A stretch of 64,000 nucleotides of DNA from Methylophilaceae bacterium (GTDB taxonomy: Bacteria; Pseudomonadota; Gammaproteobacteria; Burkholderiales; Methylophilaceae): positions 12,942 through 76,941 of the forward strand of contig JAOKBJ010000002.1 in the NCBI GenBank assembly GCA_028244835.1, written 5' to 3'. Below, piece after piece: positions 1-9,337 of the stretch. The position numbers were made by a program, and so were the translations under genes. The first letter of the stretch is position 1, and each line of letters starts with the position of its first letter. Below the pieces are notes generated by a model. That model worked only from the letters and a program-made list of their open reading frames with translations. It did not search any database and was not told the DNA's origin.

Positions 1-252
1 GGTAAGGTTATTTATGTAGGTGAAGATTTAGCGGGCTATGGCAAGCTAACAATTATCAAACATAAAAATAATATTTTAAGTGTTTACGGGCACCAGCAAT
101 CAATCTTAATAAAAGAAGGCCAAGTTGTGCAAGCTGGACAATCAATAGGAACAATGGGAAATACTGGAGCTGATGAAGTTAAGCTCTTATTTGAAATTAG
201 AAAAAATGGTGAGTCAATTGATCCTGCTAAATTCCTAGAAAAAATAACTTAA
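1..252 (+). CDS. nlpD: M23/LytM family protein (NlpD-like), 3' part; 5' truncated by window edge
   Basis: Frame 1 translates GKVIYVGEDLAGYGKLTIIKH...SVYGH...MGNTGADEVKLLFEIRKNGESIDP..., TAA at 250-252; not in ORF track. Confidence 0.85.
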   Translation, partial: GKVIYVGEDLAGYGKLTIIKHKNNILSVYGHQQSILIKEGQVVQAGQSIGTMGNTGADEVKLLFEIRKNGESIDPAKFLEKIT

Positions 253-624
253 TTAACTTTTCTTATCTTCATTTTTCAAATAGTTTTTTACTTCTGTCAT
301 ATCATAAGCGCGAGCCCATTTGATCATTTCATCAAACGCTGGAGCACCAAGCTCACCATCTTGAGCATGGATTCCAGCTCGATCTCTAATAAATAAAACT
401 GCCGGAACTACTGCTACCTGAAAGTAATCGGCAATAACCTTATCTTTATCTATATCTACCATCCCAAAGATTATATCTTTATTTTTTTTAGCTGCAGTTT
501 CAAATACAGGGGTAAATGCAACACATGGTTTACACCATTCAGCCCAAAAATCTACTATAACAAACTCATTTTCTTCAATTGTTTTTTTAAAATTATCTTC
601 TGTTAATGTGATTAAATTAGTCAT
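253..624 (-). CDS. Thioredoxin family protein
   Basis: VDFWAEWCKPC active-site motif; likely start is ATG at 624 (MTNLITL), since the 666 start overlaps the upstream gene. Confidence 0.9.
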   Translation of the reverse strand: MTNLITLTEDNFKKTIEENEFVIVDFWAEWCKPCVAFTPVFETAAKKNKDIIFGMVDIDKDKVIADYFQVAVVPAVLFIRDRAGIHAQDGELGAPAFDEMIKWARAYDMTEVKNYLKNEDKKS

Positions 625-631
625 ATGTGTC

Positions 632-1216
632 CTATTTCCATTCATTAATAAAATAAATATCTTCAAGTTGCTTTCTTGATCGCGCTTGTTCTTCTTTGTC
701 TTTCTGAACCTTACTCAACTTAGATTCATCTAAAATTTTTCCTACAACCATACAAGCAAGAATATCAAAATTTGTAGGAATATTTGACAAACTTCTGATT
801 TTATCTTGATAAAAACCTCCCATTTGATGAGCAGACAGTCCAATACTAGTAGCTTGTAGGCAAATATTTTCTGCAGCAGCACCGGCATCATAATGTGCCC
901 AACGATTTGGTTCTTCATTATGGTTAAAGTTTTTATTAGCACAAACTACAATTAAAATTGATGCATCCATGGCCCAATTCTGATTGCCAACAGACAAACA
1001 ATTTAATACGCTTGACCATGCAGTTGCGTCCTCCTTGTTGAATAAGACAAACTGCCACGGTTGATCTCCATAACAAGATGGTGCCCATCTTGCAGCCTCA
1101 AATAAAGATTTAATTTCATCTTCAGCCAATATATAGCTTGAATCAAAAGCACGAGGACTCCATCTTTGAGCAATTACATCATTTATTGGTACTTCAGTAG
1201 TAGCTATTTTTTTCAT
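632..1216 (-). CDS. Nitroreductase family protein
   Basis: RWSPRAF, AARWAPS..QPW, HQMGGF motifs. Confidence 0.92.
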   Translation of the reverse strand: MKKIATTEVPINDVIAQRWSPRAFDSSYILAEDEIKSLFEAARWAPSCYGDQPWQFVLFNKEDATAWSSVLNCLSVGNQNWAMDASILIVVCANKNFNHNEEPNRWAHYDAGAAAENICLQATSIGLSAHQMGGFYQDKIRSLSNIPTNFDILACMVVGKILDESKLSKVQKDKEEQARSRKQLEDIYFINEWK

Positions 1217-1366
1217 TGAAATTTTCTTCTTTTTTCCAAATAATTTTGTAGCTCAAGTTTAGCTGAAAACTCTTGATATTAAAACAATATTCAATTCGTA
1301 ATAATCATTATAATAATAACTTCGACATTATTAACATTAAAAATTCAATAATTTTTGACTCTACAA

Positions 1367-1855
1367 ATGACCGACAATAAAACACACGAATTTTTTATGG
1401 GTGAGGCCTTAAAACAAGCAAAATTATCTTTTTTGGCTGATGAAGTTCCTGTAGGGGCAGTTTTAGTTCATCAAAATAAAATTATTGCTAGTGGCTATAA
1501 TTTATCCATTTCTAAAAATGATGCAAGTGCGCATGCAGAAATATTAACAATTCGCGATGGTGGAAAATATCTGAAGAACTATAGGCTTCTTAATTGTAGT
1601 CTATATGTGACCCTTGAGCCTTGCATTATGTGTCTTGGTGCTATATTTCACTCAAGAATTAGCAACTTAATATTTGGAGCTTATGATACCAAAACTGGCT
1701 CTTGTGAAAGCACACTCAACCTTAAGGGAAACAAGGACTTAAATCATCATTGTTTTATTCATGGAGGAATCTTAGAAAAAGAATCCAAAACACTTTTACA
1801 AGATTTTTTTAAAATTAAGAGAAAAAAAAACCGTGAAGCAAATCACGGTTTTTAA
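1367..1855 (+). CDS. tadA: tRNA adenosine(34) deaminase
   Basis: EVPVGAV, HAE, TLEPCIMC zinc motifs; ATG 1367 preferred over TTG 1355. Confidence 0.93.
   Translation: MTDNKTHEFFMGEALKQAKLSFLADEVPVGAVLVHQNKIIASGYNLSISKNDASAHAEILTIRDGGKYLKNYRLLNCSLYVTLEPCIMCLGAIFHSRISNLIFGAYDTKTGSCESTLNLKGNKDLNHHCFIHGGILEKESKTLLQDFFKIKRKKNREANHGF
1822..1853. terminator. Intrinsic terminator hairpin, probably bidirectional (U9 tract on - strand for the yccA-like gene)
   Basis: aaaaaccgtga-agcaaa-tcacggttttt between convergent genes; lies inside the last tadA codons. Confidence 0.8.
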
Positions 1856-1870
1856 CAAACACTAATAGTT

Positions 1871-2557
1871 TTAATCTCTGTTTCCCATTACTGCCATTAG
1901 GATATGAAGTAAATGAACAAATAAATTATAAATATTTAAATATAATGCCAAAGTAGCCATTATATAATTAGTCTCTCCACCCCTCACAATTCTATTAACA
2001 TCATAAAGAATGAATCCAGAAAAGATAAGCACTGCTATTCCAGAAATTGCTAATGACATTGCCGGTATTTGAAAGAAAATATTTACAACCATAGCTAGGA
2101 TTAAGAGAATTAAACCAATCATCAAGAATTTACCCATAAATGAAAAGTCTCTTTTGCTTGTAGTAGCAATACCTGATAAAACAAGAAAAATAGAAGCTGT
2201 TCCACCTGCAGCTAAACCTACAATTTGACCGCCGTTGCTTAAGCTAAAGGCAACTTGTAAGATTGGTCCGAGCATTAAACCCATTAAGAATGTCAGGCCT
2301 AAAAGAAAAACTACGCCAAGACTACTATTTCGATTAGCTCTAATTAGATAAAACATTCCAAACAATGCTCCAAGGGTAAGTATGAAAAATAAAATTGGGC
2401 TTTGAGCCGCAAAGCCAAAATTCATAGTCATCCCAATCAAAGCGCCTATAACAGTTGGGATTAAAGATACTCCCAATAACGCATAAGTATTTCTTAAAAC
2501 CTTATTACTAGCTAATGCTGATTGCGATTGTGCCGCAATATCTAAATTGTTTTGCAT
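1871..2557 (-). CDS. yccA: Bax inhibitor-1/YccA family membrane protein
   Basis: NKVLRNTY, about 7 TM segments, GGETNYIMATLALYLNIYNLF. Confidence 0.92.
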   Translation of the reverse strand: MQNNLDIAAQSQSALASNKVLRNTYALLGVSLIPTVIGALIGMTMNFGFAAQSPILFFILTLGALFGMFYLIRANRNSSLGVVFLLGLTFLMGLMLGPILQVAFSLSNGGQIVGLAAGGTASIFLVLSGIATTSKRDFSFMGKFLMIGLILLILAMVVNIFFQIPAMSLAISGIAVLIFSGFILYDVNRIVRGGETNYIMATLALYLNIYNLFVHLLHILMAVMGNRD

Positions 2558-2652
2558 GGTAGTTAAAATCCTTATAAATTTAATAATACATTAATAGGAT
2601 AAGGCTTATGGGTTTAAAGTTCAAGGAAATTTAAAGTTTAATTTTATTTTAT

Positions 2653-3660
2653 TTATACTTTTGCAATGATTAAACGTGCTTCCTCAATAGTTTGATTGCA
2701 ACAAGTTAAAACATGCTTGTCCTTATTTAGCCTCATTGCTTGAAGCCTTTCAAGAGATTTTATATCTGATTTCCATTGTAATTCTGCCATCAACTTATCT
2801 AGCTCAATTGGGGAATTGCATACAAGCACCATGTCGCATCCGGCAATTAATGCATTTTTAACCCTTACTGTAATATTATTTTCAGAATCTTGGGCAGCCT
2901 GCATACTCATATCATCACTGAAAATTGCACCCCCAAATCCCAACCTACCTCTTAATTGATTTTGAAGCCAAAAGTCTGAAAGACCTGCTGGACTATCATC
3001 GCATGATGGATAAATTACGTGTGAGGGCATAATTCCCTTAACTCCTTTATTAATAAGCCTATCGAAAGTTAACATATCATTTTTTTGAATTGTTTCTAAT
3101 GAGCGATTATCTATTGCTGTTTCTAGATGGGTATCGGATTTTATAAATCCATGCCCAGGAAAATGCTTGCCTACAGACTGCATTCCTCCATTCTTCAGCC
3201 CCTCAACAAGTGAGCTCGCTAATTCACTAATAGTATCAATATCTTGATGGAAAGCTCGATTTCCAATAACTGAGCTAGCGCCATAATCAACATCTAAAAC
3301 AGGGGTAAAGCTAAAATCAATATCAACTGCTGCCAGCTCTTCTGCAATTATCCAACCAGATAATTTAGCAATTTTGTTCGCTAATTTTTTATCTTTTTGG
3401 TGGATTTTTCCAAAAAGGCTCATTTTTGGAATATTTGTGAATTCATCCTTAAATCTTTGTACACGACCTCCTTCATGATCAACAGCAACAAGAATATTTT
3501 TTTTTATTTTTCTAATAGAAATAATAAGCTTTATGAGTTGGGGTTTATCTTTATAATTTCGAGAAAATAAAATAATACCTCCAACCAATGGATGCTTAAT
3601 TCTTTTGATATCAGAATTAATTAATTCTAACCCTTCAATATCAATCATTAAACAATTCAT
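2653..3660 (-). CDS. nagZ: Beta-N-acetylhexosaminidase (GH3)
   Basis: DHEGGRVQRF, KHFPGHG...DTH, SDDMSM. Confidence 0.95.
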   Translation of the reverse strand: MNCLMIDIEGLELINSDIKRIKHPLVGGIILFSRNYKDKPQLIKLIISIRKIKKNILVAVDHEGGRVQRFKDEFTNIPKMSLFGKIHQKDKKLANKIAKLSGWIIAEELAAVDIDFSFTPVLDVDYGASSVIGNRAFHQDIDTISELASSLVEGLKNGGMQSVGKHFPGHGFIKSDTHLETAIDNRSLETIQKNDMLTFDRLINKGVKGIMPSHVIYPSCDDSPAGLSDFWLQNQLRGRLGFGGAIFSDDMSMQAAQDSENNITVRVKNALIAGCDMVLVCNSPIELDKLMAELQWKSDIKSLERLQAMRLNKDKHVLTCCNQTIEEARLIIAKV

Positions 3661-3672
3661 TATATAACTCTC

Positions 3673-4374
3673 CTAACCTTTAAAGGTAAAGGGGTTGAAG
3701 TCAGTTTTTGTGTCATAAAAATCAATTTTTTCTTTTGTTTTTAAAAATTTGATAATTTTGTAAGTAATTGGAGTAAATGCTATTTCAACACCTGTTTTAG
3801 CTAAAAATTGAGCTACAACAACTAACATTAACATTTCATTGGGAATAATTCCGGAATTATAAAAAGCCAGAGGATAAAATAAAATAGAGTCAACTCCTTC
3901 TCCAATAACAGTTGAGCCAATGGTTCTAGTCCATAATTTCTTACCTTTTGTCCATATTTTCATCTTAGCCATAACAAAAGAATTAGCGAATTCACCTGCA
4001 GCAAAAGCAATGAGACCAGCTAAAGCAACCCTCCATGCAGAACCAAAAGCAACTTCGTACACTTCTTGGTTTTTCCAGAAAGGTGCTGGTGGGAGGGCAA
4101 CAACAACCCACGCCATAAAAGAAGCAAAAGCTAAACCTGCAAATCCTGCCCAAATTACCCTTCTAGATGCCGCATATCCATATACTTCAGTTAAAATATC
4201 CCCAAAAATAAACGCTATCGGGAAAAATAAAACACCAGCGCCAAAGGTAATAACTCCAAAGATCGGAAGCTCTAACTGTGAAATTTTTGCCGGCCCAATT
4301 ATGTTAGCTGTAATTAATACAGTTACAAAAGCTGCCATAACTAAATCATAATATTTATAATTGCTAGTCTTCAT
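3673..4374 (-). CDS. yhhQ: Queuosine precursor transporter (VUT/YhhQ family)
   Basis: GDILTEVYG, RTIGSTVIGEGVDS motifs; likely start at MKTSNY, with the 4413 start less likely. Confidence 0.85.
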   Translation of the reverse strand: MKTSNYKYYDLVMAAFVTVLITANIIGPAKISQLELPIFGVITFGAGVLFFPIAFIFGDILTEVYGYAASRRVIWAGFAGLAFASFMAWVVVALPPAPFWKNQEVYEVAFGSAWRVALAGLIAFAAGEFANSFVMAKMKIWTKGKKLWTRTIGSTVIGEGVDSILFYPLAFYNSGIIPNEMLMLVVVAQFLAKTGVEIAFTPITYKIIKFLKTKEKIDFYDTKTDFNPFTFKG

Positions 4375-5158
4375 TATTTTTAATATCCCATTTTTGATTA
4401 AAATAGTCACCAAAAAAATTAATACAATATACTAAAGACATAATACTTAAGCCAACAAATAAAGCATAGTGAGGTGATACTAATAAAAATCTTACACTGT
4501 CCCTCATCATCCCTCCCCATGATGCTATCGGTGCTTGTAAACCCAAACCAATAAATGAAAGACTCGCTTCTGCAATAATTAGACCCGCAAGAGCGTAAGT
4601 ACCTTCAACGATTAATGGTGTCTTAAGAGATGGTAAAATATGATTTATTATTATTATTTTATGAGAACTCCCCATTGTTTCAGATGCTTTAACGAAATCT
4701 AGATTTTTAATTAGTACGGTTTGAGCTCTTGCAAGTCTTGCATAACCAACCCAACCACTAATTGACAAGGCAAAAATTAAATTAAATTTACCTGGGCCTA
4801 AGATAGCTGCAAAAGCAATGGCAAGTAATATTCCGGGGAAAGCCATAAATAATGTAGTTATATACCTCAAGCATTGATCTAATTTTCCACCAAAATATCC
4901 TGAGATAACACCAATTACAACCCCAAAAAAACTTGATATTAATGTAACGATAAGAATTATTTCAAAAGAATTTAGAAAACCATCAACCAACCGATGAAAT
5001 ATATCTCTACCATAATCATCTCTGCCTAACCAAGATGAAAAATTAGGCTGAATCAAAATCTCTTCAAATACCATTTGATTTGAATCAAAACCGGAAAATA
5101 ATTTTATAATTATTCCTAGTGCCCAAAAAAAACTTACAAACAAAACTAATTTTTTCAA
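4364..5158 (-). CDS. Peptide/nickel ABC transporter permease (DppC/OppC-like)
   Basis: LGRDDYGRD, EASLSFIGLG, WGGMM motifs. Confidence 0.92.
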   Translation of the reverse strand: MKKLVLFVSFFWALGIIIKLFSGFDSNQMVFEEILIQPNFSSWLGRDDYGRDIFHRLVDGFLNSFEIILIVTLISSFFGVVIGVISGYFGGKLDQCLRYITTLFMAFPGILLAIAFAAILGPGKFNLIFALSISGWVGYARLARAQTVLIKNLDFVKASETMGSSHKIIIINHILPSLKTPLIVEGTYALAGLIIAEASLSFIGLGLQAPIASWGGMMRDSVRFLLVSPHYALFVGLSIMSLVYCINFFGDYFNQKWDIKNNED

Positions 5159-5161
5159 ATC

Positions 5162-6082
5162 TTAAATATCCCTCATTCTTGGGTCCACTATTTTGTATAA
5201 GATTTCGGTAAATAAATTTACCAAAACATAAGAAATAGCAATAACAAAAATACAAGCTTGGGTGATGGGGTAATCTCTCATTTGAATTGAGTTCACTAAA
5301 AGCATTCCAAGTCCGTTCCAGCTAAATAATGTTTCTGTGATAATAGCTCCGGATAATAAAGATCCGAATTGCATTCCAATAATGGTAATCAATGGAATTA
5401 GAACTAATCTAAAAACATGATTGATAGTAATTAACCATTCTTGCATGCCTTTTGCTCTTGCTGTTCTAACAGCATCAGAATCTATAATTTCTACCATACA
5501 ATTTCTAGTCATTTTAATAATAATAGCCAACATACCAAGAGATAAAGTTAGTGCTGGTAATACAATAGAGAATGGGCTATCCATTCCACTAATTGGCAAC
5601 CACCCAAGCCAAATTGATAAACAAAGCATTAACAATGGGCCTAAAAAAAAGTGTGGTATTGATATAAACAACAAACTGAAATTAATTATAATCTTATCTA
5701 AAAAACCATCTCTATATTTAGCAGCAACTACTCCCCCAGCAATACCAAATGTTATTGCAATAAATAAAGCCATTAGCGCAAGCATGTAAGTATTTTTCAT
5801 AGCAATAACTATTTGCTCTTTAATTGGCGAACCAGTTAGAATAGAATTACCAAAATCACCATACATAATTTGTGAAAATGAATTAAATATTTGTCTGTAT
5901 ATTGGCTGATCTAATCCTAACTCTGCTCTAAGCCTAACTTGGTCAGAAAGACTAGCTGTCTCACCTAACATTACTTGAATCGGATCTCCTGGCAACAAAT
6001 GTAAGATCAAAAAAGTAATGATAAAGATACCTAATACCTGAAGAAAAGATGAAAAAAGTATTGTTGGAAAATTATTCTTCAT
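5162..6082 (-). CDS. Peptide/nickel ABC transporter permease (DppB/OppB-like)
   Basis: LLPGDP, RTARAKG, GAIITETLFSWNGLG, RDYP. Confidence 0.93.
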   Translation of the reverse strand: MKNNFPTILFSSFLQVLGIFIITFLILHLLPGDPIQVMLGETASLSDQVRLRAELGLDQPIYRQIFNSFSQIMYGDFGNSILTGSPIKEQIVIAMKNTYMLALMALFIAITFGIAGGVVAAKYRDGFLDKIIINFSLLFISIPHFFLGPLLMLCLSIWLGWLPISGMDSPFSIVLPALTLSLGMLAIIIKMTRNCMVEIIDSDAVRTARAKGMQEWLITINHVFRLVLIPLITIIGMQFGSLLSGAIITETLFSWNGLGMLLVNSIQMRDYPITQACIFVIAISYVLVNLFTEILYKIVDPRMRDI

Positions 6083-6557
6083 TAATATGAATAATCGTAC
6101 CTACAGATACCAAATCAAAAAGCTCAACAACATCATTATTCGACATTCTTATACATCCATGTGAAAAAGGGCTGCCTAAACGATTCTCGTCATGAGTTCC
6201 ATGAATATATATATACCTCTGCATTGTGTCAGAGTTACCTAGGCGATTAATACCTAATTCCTTGCCTGATAGCCAAATAATCCTCGATAAAATCCAATCA
6301 TTATTTGGTTTCAGTTCTGTATTATTTTTGCTCCATATTTCACCAGTAGGCCTTCTACCTTTAAAAATGCTGAATACTGGCAAGCCTTTACCAATCTTTG
6401 CACGAATGTAATGGATACCTATTGGAGTTTGAAAGCTATTTTTATTTTGCCCTATACCTTTAAGTGCAGTCGAGATTGAATAGGATTTAATTAATTTAGT
6501 ATCTTCAACCAAAGTAAGCTGTTGTAGTTTTATCGAAACGTTAATTAAAATCGTCAT
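6072..6557 (-). CDS. YkuD-family L,D-transpeptidase-like protein, no signal peptide (ElsL-like)
   Basis: DWILSRIIWL, RYIYIHGT...SHGCIRM catalytic His/Cys motif. Confidence 0.9.
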   Translation of the reverse strand: MTILINVSIKLQQLTLVEDTKLIKSYSISTALKGIGQNKNSFQTPIGIHYIRAKIGKGLPVFSIFKGRRPTGEIWSKNNTELKPNNDWILSRIIWLSGKELGINRLGNSDTMQRYIYIHGTHDENRLGSPFSHGCIRMSNNDVVELFDLVSVGTIIHINEE

Positions 6558-8007
6558 ATTTTTTCCTAACTGTTGTTAAAGCATCCCAACTTCCATCGGT
6601 ATGAATATAATAACCACTTATATTATTATTAAAAGCAGCAAAATTACCTTCGAACCACAAAGGCATGAAGGCATTATCTGCATTTATCTTTTTAATGACT
6701 TTATTCCATAGATTCGATTCTTTTGCATTAGTAATGAGTGCATCTGTCTCCTGATTACTATACCCTGCTCGATTTAAACCTTCTGGTGGAATAAGTTTGG
6801 AATTAAAAATTTTTTCATAAATTTCTGGATTTCGAATACCCACCCAAGTTAAACCATATAATTGAAATTTACCTGCCTGGATATCCTTAAAGTATGTTCC
6901 CCAATCAAGAGATTTAATAATTAATTTAATACCAATACTATCAAATTGTTTTTGAATTAAGGTTGCAATCTTCACTCTAAAAGGGTCAGTTGAAGTTTTT
7001 AATGTCAGTACGATCGGCTCATCAATAGCAAGCTGTTTAATATATTTTCTGGCTAAACTGGGATTATAATTTAAAGAATTTATCTTTTCACTGGCCCAAT
7101 GCTCCGGTGGTAAAATTTGCTCTGCTACCCTAGTTTTTTCGTTTAAAAAATGCTTCATTAATGATTGACGATCAACAGCTAAAGTTAAAGATTTTCTAAA
7201 CTTATGTTGCTTTAATAATGAATCATTTAAATTAAAACCAATATAAGAAACATTTGCACCAAACTCTTTTAAAGTAATAATTTTTTCTTTAGCCTCAAGA
7301 AGCTTAATCATCTCTAAAGGAAGGTCATTTTGTAATAAATCAATTTCGCCATTTAAGAGCTTTAAAACGCGAACAGTTGGATCTTTAATATTTACTAGCT
7401 CAATTATTTGAGAATCTATTCTTCTTTGTATTTTAAGATTGGGATATTTCTCTATGAATTTAAATGGCCCGGAACCAACAGGATTGGTTGAAAAGTTATG
7501 ATTTTTATGAAGTAAATCAACTGGTAGTACATAAAATGCTAGACGAGATAAGAAATTACTATCTTTTTTAAATAAATTAATTTCAAAATTAAATTCAGAT
7601 AACTTAATAACATTTTTTATATTTTTTAGCTCCAAATAAAAAGGTGATTTATGCTGGGATCTTAAATTATTCAATGTAGCAATAATGTCTTCAATACCCA
7701 TATTTTTATTATGGTGGAATATAGGCAATTGCTTCTTAATTTTAAATTTATATTTTAATGGGGTAACTTTATTCCAATCGACTATATTTGATTTAATCTC
7801 GTATCTTTTATCAAAATAGAATAAAGACGAATAAAGTAGTGCAGAAATCCTTTCAGAAGCTGCATCAGATTGAAACCTAGGATCCAAATTTTGTGGCTTT
7901 TGAGCAATACCAAAATAAATAATATTTTCTTTATTTAAATCTGAACAGCCAACTAATAGAAAATAATAAGTAAAAGAAATTACTATGTACTTTTTTATAT
8001 TATTCAT
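6541..8007 (-). CDS. ABC transporter substrate-binding lipoprotein, family 5
   Basis: Lipobox LVGC; NLDPR, PVGSGPF, NRAGYSN motifs. Confidence 0.9.
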   Translation of the reverse strand: MNNIKKYIVISFTYYFLLVGCSDLNKENIIYFGIAQKPQNLDPRFQSDAASERISALLYSSLFYFDKRYEIKSNIVDWNKVTPLKYKFKIKKQLPIFHHNKNMGIEDIIATLNNLRSQHKSPFYLELKNIKNVIKLSEFNFEINLFKKDSNFLSRLAFYVLPVDLLHKNHNFSTNPVGSGPFKFIEKYPNLKIQRRIDSQIIELVNIKDPTVRVLKLLNGEIDLLQNDLPLEMIKLLEAKEKIITLKEFGANVSYIGFNLNDSLLKQHKFRKSLTLAVDRQSLMKHFLNEKTRVAEQILPPEHWASEKINSLNYNPSLARKYIKQLAIDEPIVLTLKTSTDPFRVKIATLIQKQFDSIGIKLIIKSLDWGTYFKDIQAGKFQLYGLTWVGIRNPEIYEKIFNSKLIPPEGLNRAGYSNQETDALITNAKESNLWNKVIKKINADNAFMPLWFEGNFAAFNNNISGYYIHTDGSWDALTTVRKKYDDFN

Positions 8008-9337
8008 TTACCTCAAAAACAGCGATTGATTCAATGTGTGATGTATGTGGGAACATATTAACTATGCCACCTTCTTTAAAAATATAGTTTTTTTTATTTA
8101 CTAATATGTCCGAATCTCTTGCCAAAGTAGCTGGGTTACAAGAAATATAAATAATTAATTTTGGTTTTATTTCGCTATCGATTAAATTAACCAAATTCAA
8201 TGCGCCCGCCCTGGGAGGATCAATTAACCATTTAGTTGCTTGTCCTAATGAAAGCAATTCTTCTTTTTTAATACTAAATAAATCTGCTAGTTTAAAAGAT
8301 ACATTTTCACTTAGATTATTTTCAATTGCATTAGTGTTCCCTGATTCCACAAGCATTTCATCACCTTCTATTGCAAAAACAGTTGCTCCAGAAGTTGCAA
8401 TAGGTAGGGTAAAGTTTCCAACACCAGAAAATAAATCAAGAATTACATCGCTTTTTGAAGGGCGAAGCAATGCTATAACCTTCCTAATTAAAATTTGATT
8501 AATAAAGGGATTAATCTGAGTGAAGCCAGTTGGATGAAATAAGAATTTTAAGTTAAATTCTTTATTTTCATATGTGATTTGGTTTATTGATTCATTAAAT
8601 AGTGGCTTAACAGTATCGTATCCTTTAGTCTGGCTCCAAAATTCAATTCCATTTTGCTTTTGAAAAGATTTTAAAATATTTATATCATCTTGAGTTAGTG
8701 ATGCAAGTATTCTAATAACTAAAATATGGCGAATCTGATTTGATGCATATTCAATTTGAGGAATTTGATCTCTTATAGATAATTTAAAGAATAGATCTTG
8801 AAGCGGCTTAATCAGGTCTGATATTTTTTTTGGTAAAACAGGGCAAGCAGTCATATTGGTCAAAAAATGTGACATTTTTTCATTAAAGCCAATTAATACT
8901 TTATTTTTTTTCAAAACAAACTTTACTCTCAATCTTGCCTTATGTCGGTAATGCCATAAAGGGCCACATATTGGGCTCAATATACTTTCAGGCATTACAT
9001 TTCCAACATGCAGTAACGACTCCTCAAATGCTCTTTGTTTGTAAGCTAGTTGGGCCCCTTCGTCGAAATGTTGCATTGAGCATCCACCACAAATCCCATA
9101 AACTTGGCACTTAGCATCAATTCTTTGTGTTGATGGTTTTATTATTTTTAGACTTTTAGCAAATGTTAAGTTCTTCTTCTTCTTTATGATTTTATATTCC
9201 ACTTCCTCATTAAGAAGAGCATTATCAATAAATATCGTCTTGTCATCTTGATAAGCAATTCCTTTACCTTCATGGCTAACAGAAGATATAGTTGCTATAA
9301 AAGTTTTTTCAGTTCTGTTGCGCACTACTTTTGCCAT
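8000..9337 (-). CDS. rlmD: 23S rRNA (uracil-1939-C5)-methyltransferase
   Basis: TRAM N-terminus, C..YGICGGC Fe-S motif, FTQIN, DPPRAG, SCNPATLARD, MFPHTSHIE; start approximate. Confidence 0.93.
   Translation of the reverse strand: MAKVVRNRTEKTFIATISSVSHEGKGIAYQDDKTIFIDNALLNEEVEYKIIKKKKNLTFAKSLKIIKPSTQRIDAKCQVYGICGGCSMQHFDEGAQLAYKQRAFEESLLHVGNVMPESILSPICGPLWHYRHKARLRVKFVLKKNKVLIGFNEKMSHFLTNMTACPVLPKKISDLIKPLQDLFFKLSIRDQIPQIEYASNQIRHILVIRILASLTQDDINILKSFQKQNGIEFWSQTKGYDTVKPLFNESINQITYENKEFNLKFLFHPTGFTQINPFINQILIRKVIALLRPSKSDVILDLFSGVGNFTLPIATSGATVFAIEGDEMLVESGNTNAIENNLSENVSFKLADLFSIKKEELLSLGQATKWLIDPPRAGALNLVNLIDSEIKPKLIIYISCNPATLARDSDILVNKKNYIFKEGGIVNMFPHTSHIESIAVFEVNE

Noticed and set aside
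1294-1312. Fur-like ATAATCATTAT upstream of nitroreductase/tadA
   Set aside because: Only one half matches well (13/19 by hand) in very AT-rich DNA; plausible by chance.
3920-4351. 143-aa + strand ORF and similar overlapping ORFs (5421-5789, 29358-29747, 32588-32947, 34849-35250, 54584-54979, 47448-47699 and others)
   Set aside because: Antisense or out-of-frame shadows of well-supported genes, with no recognisable motifs.
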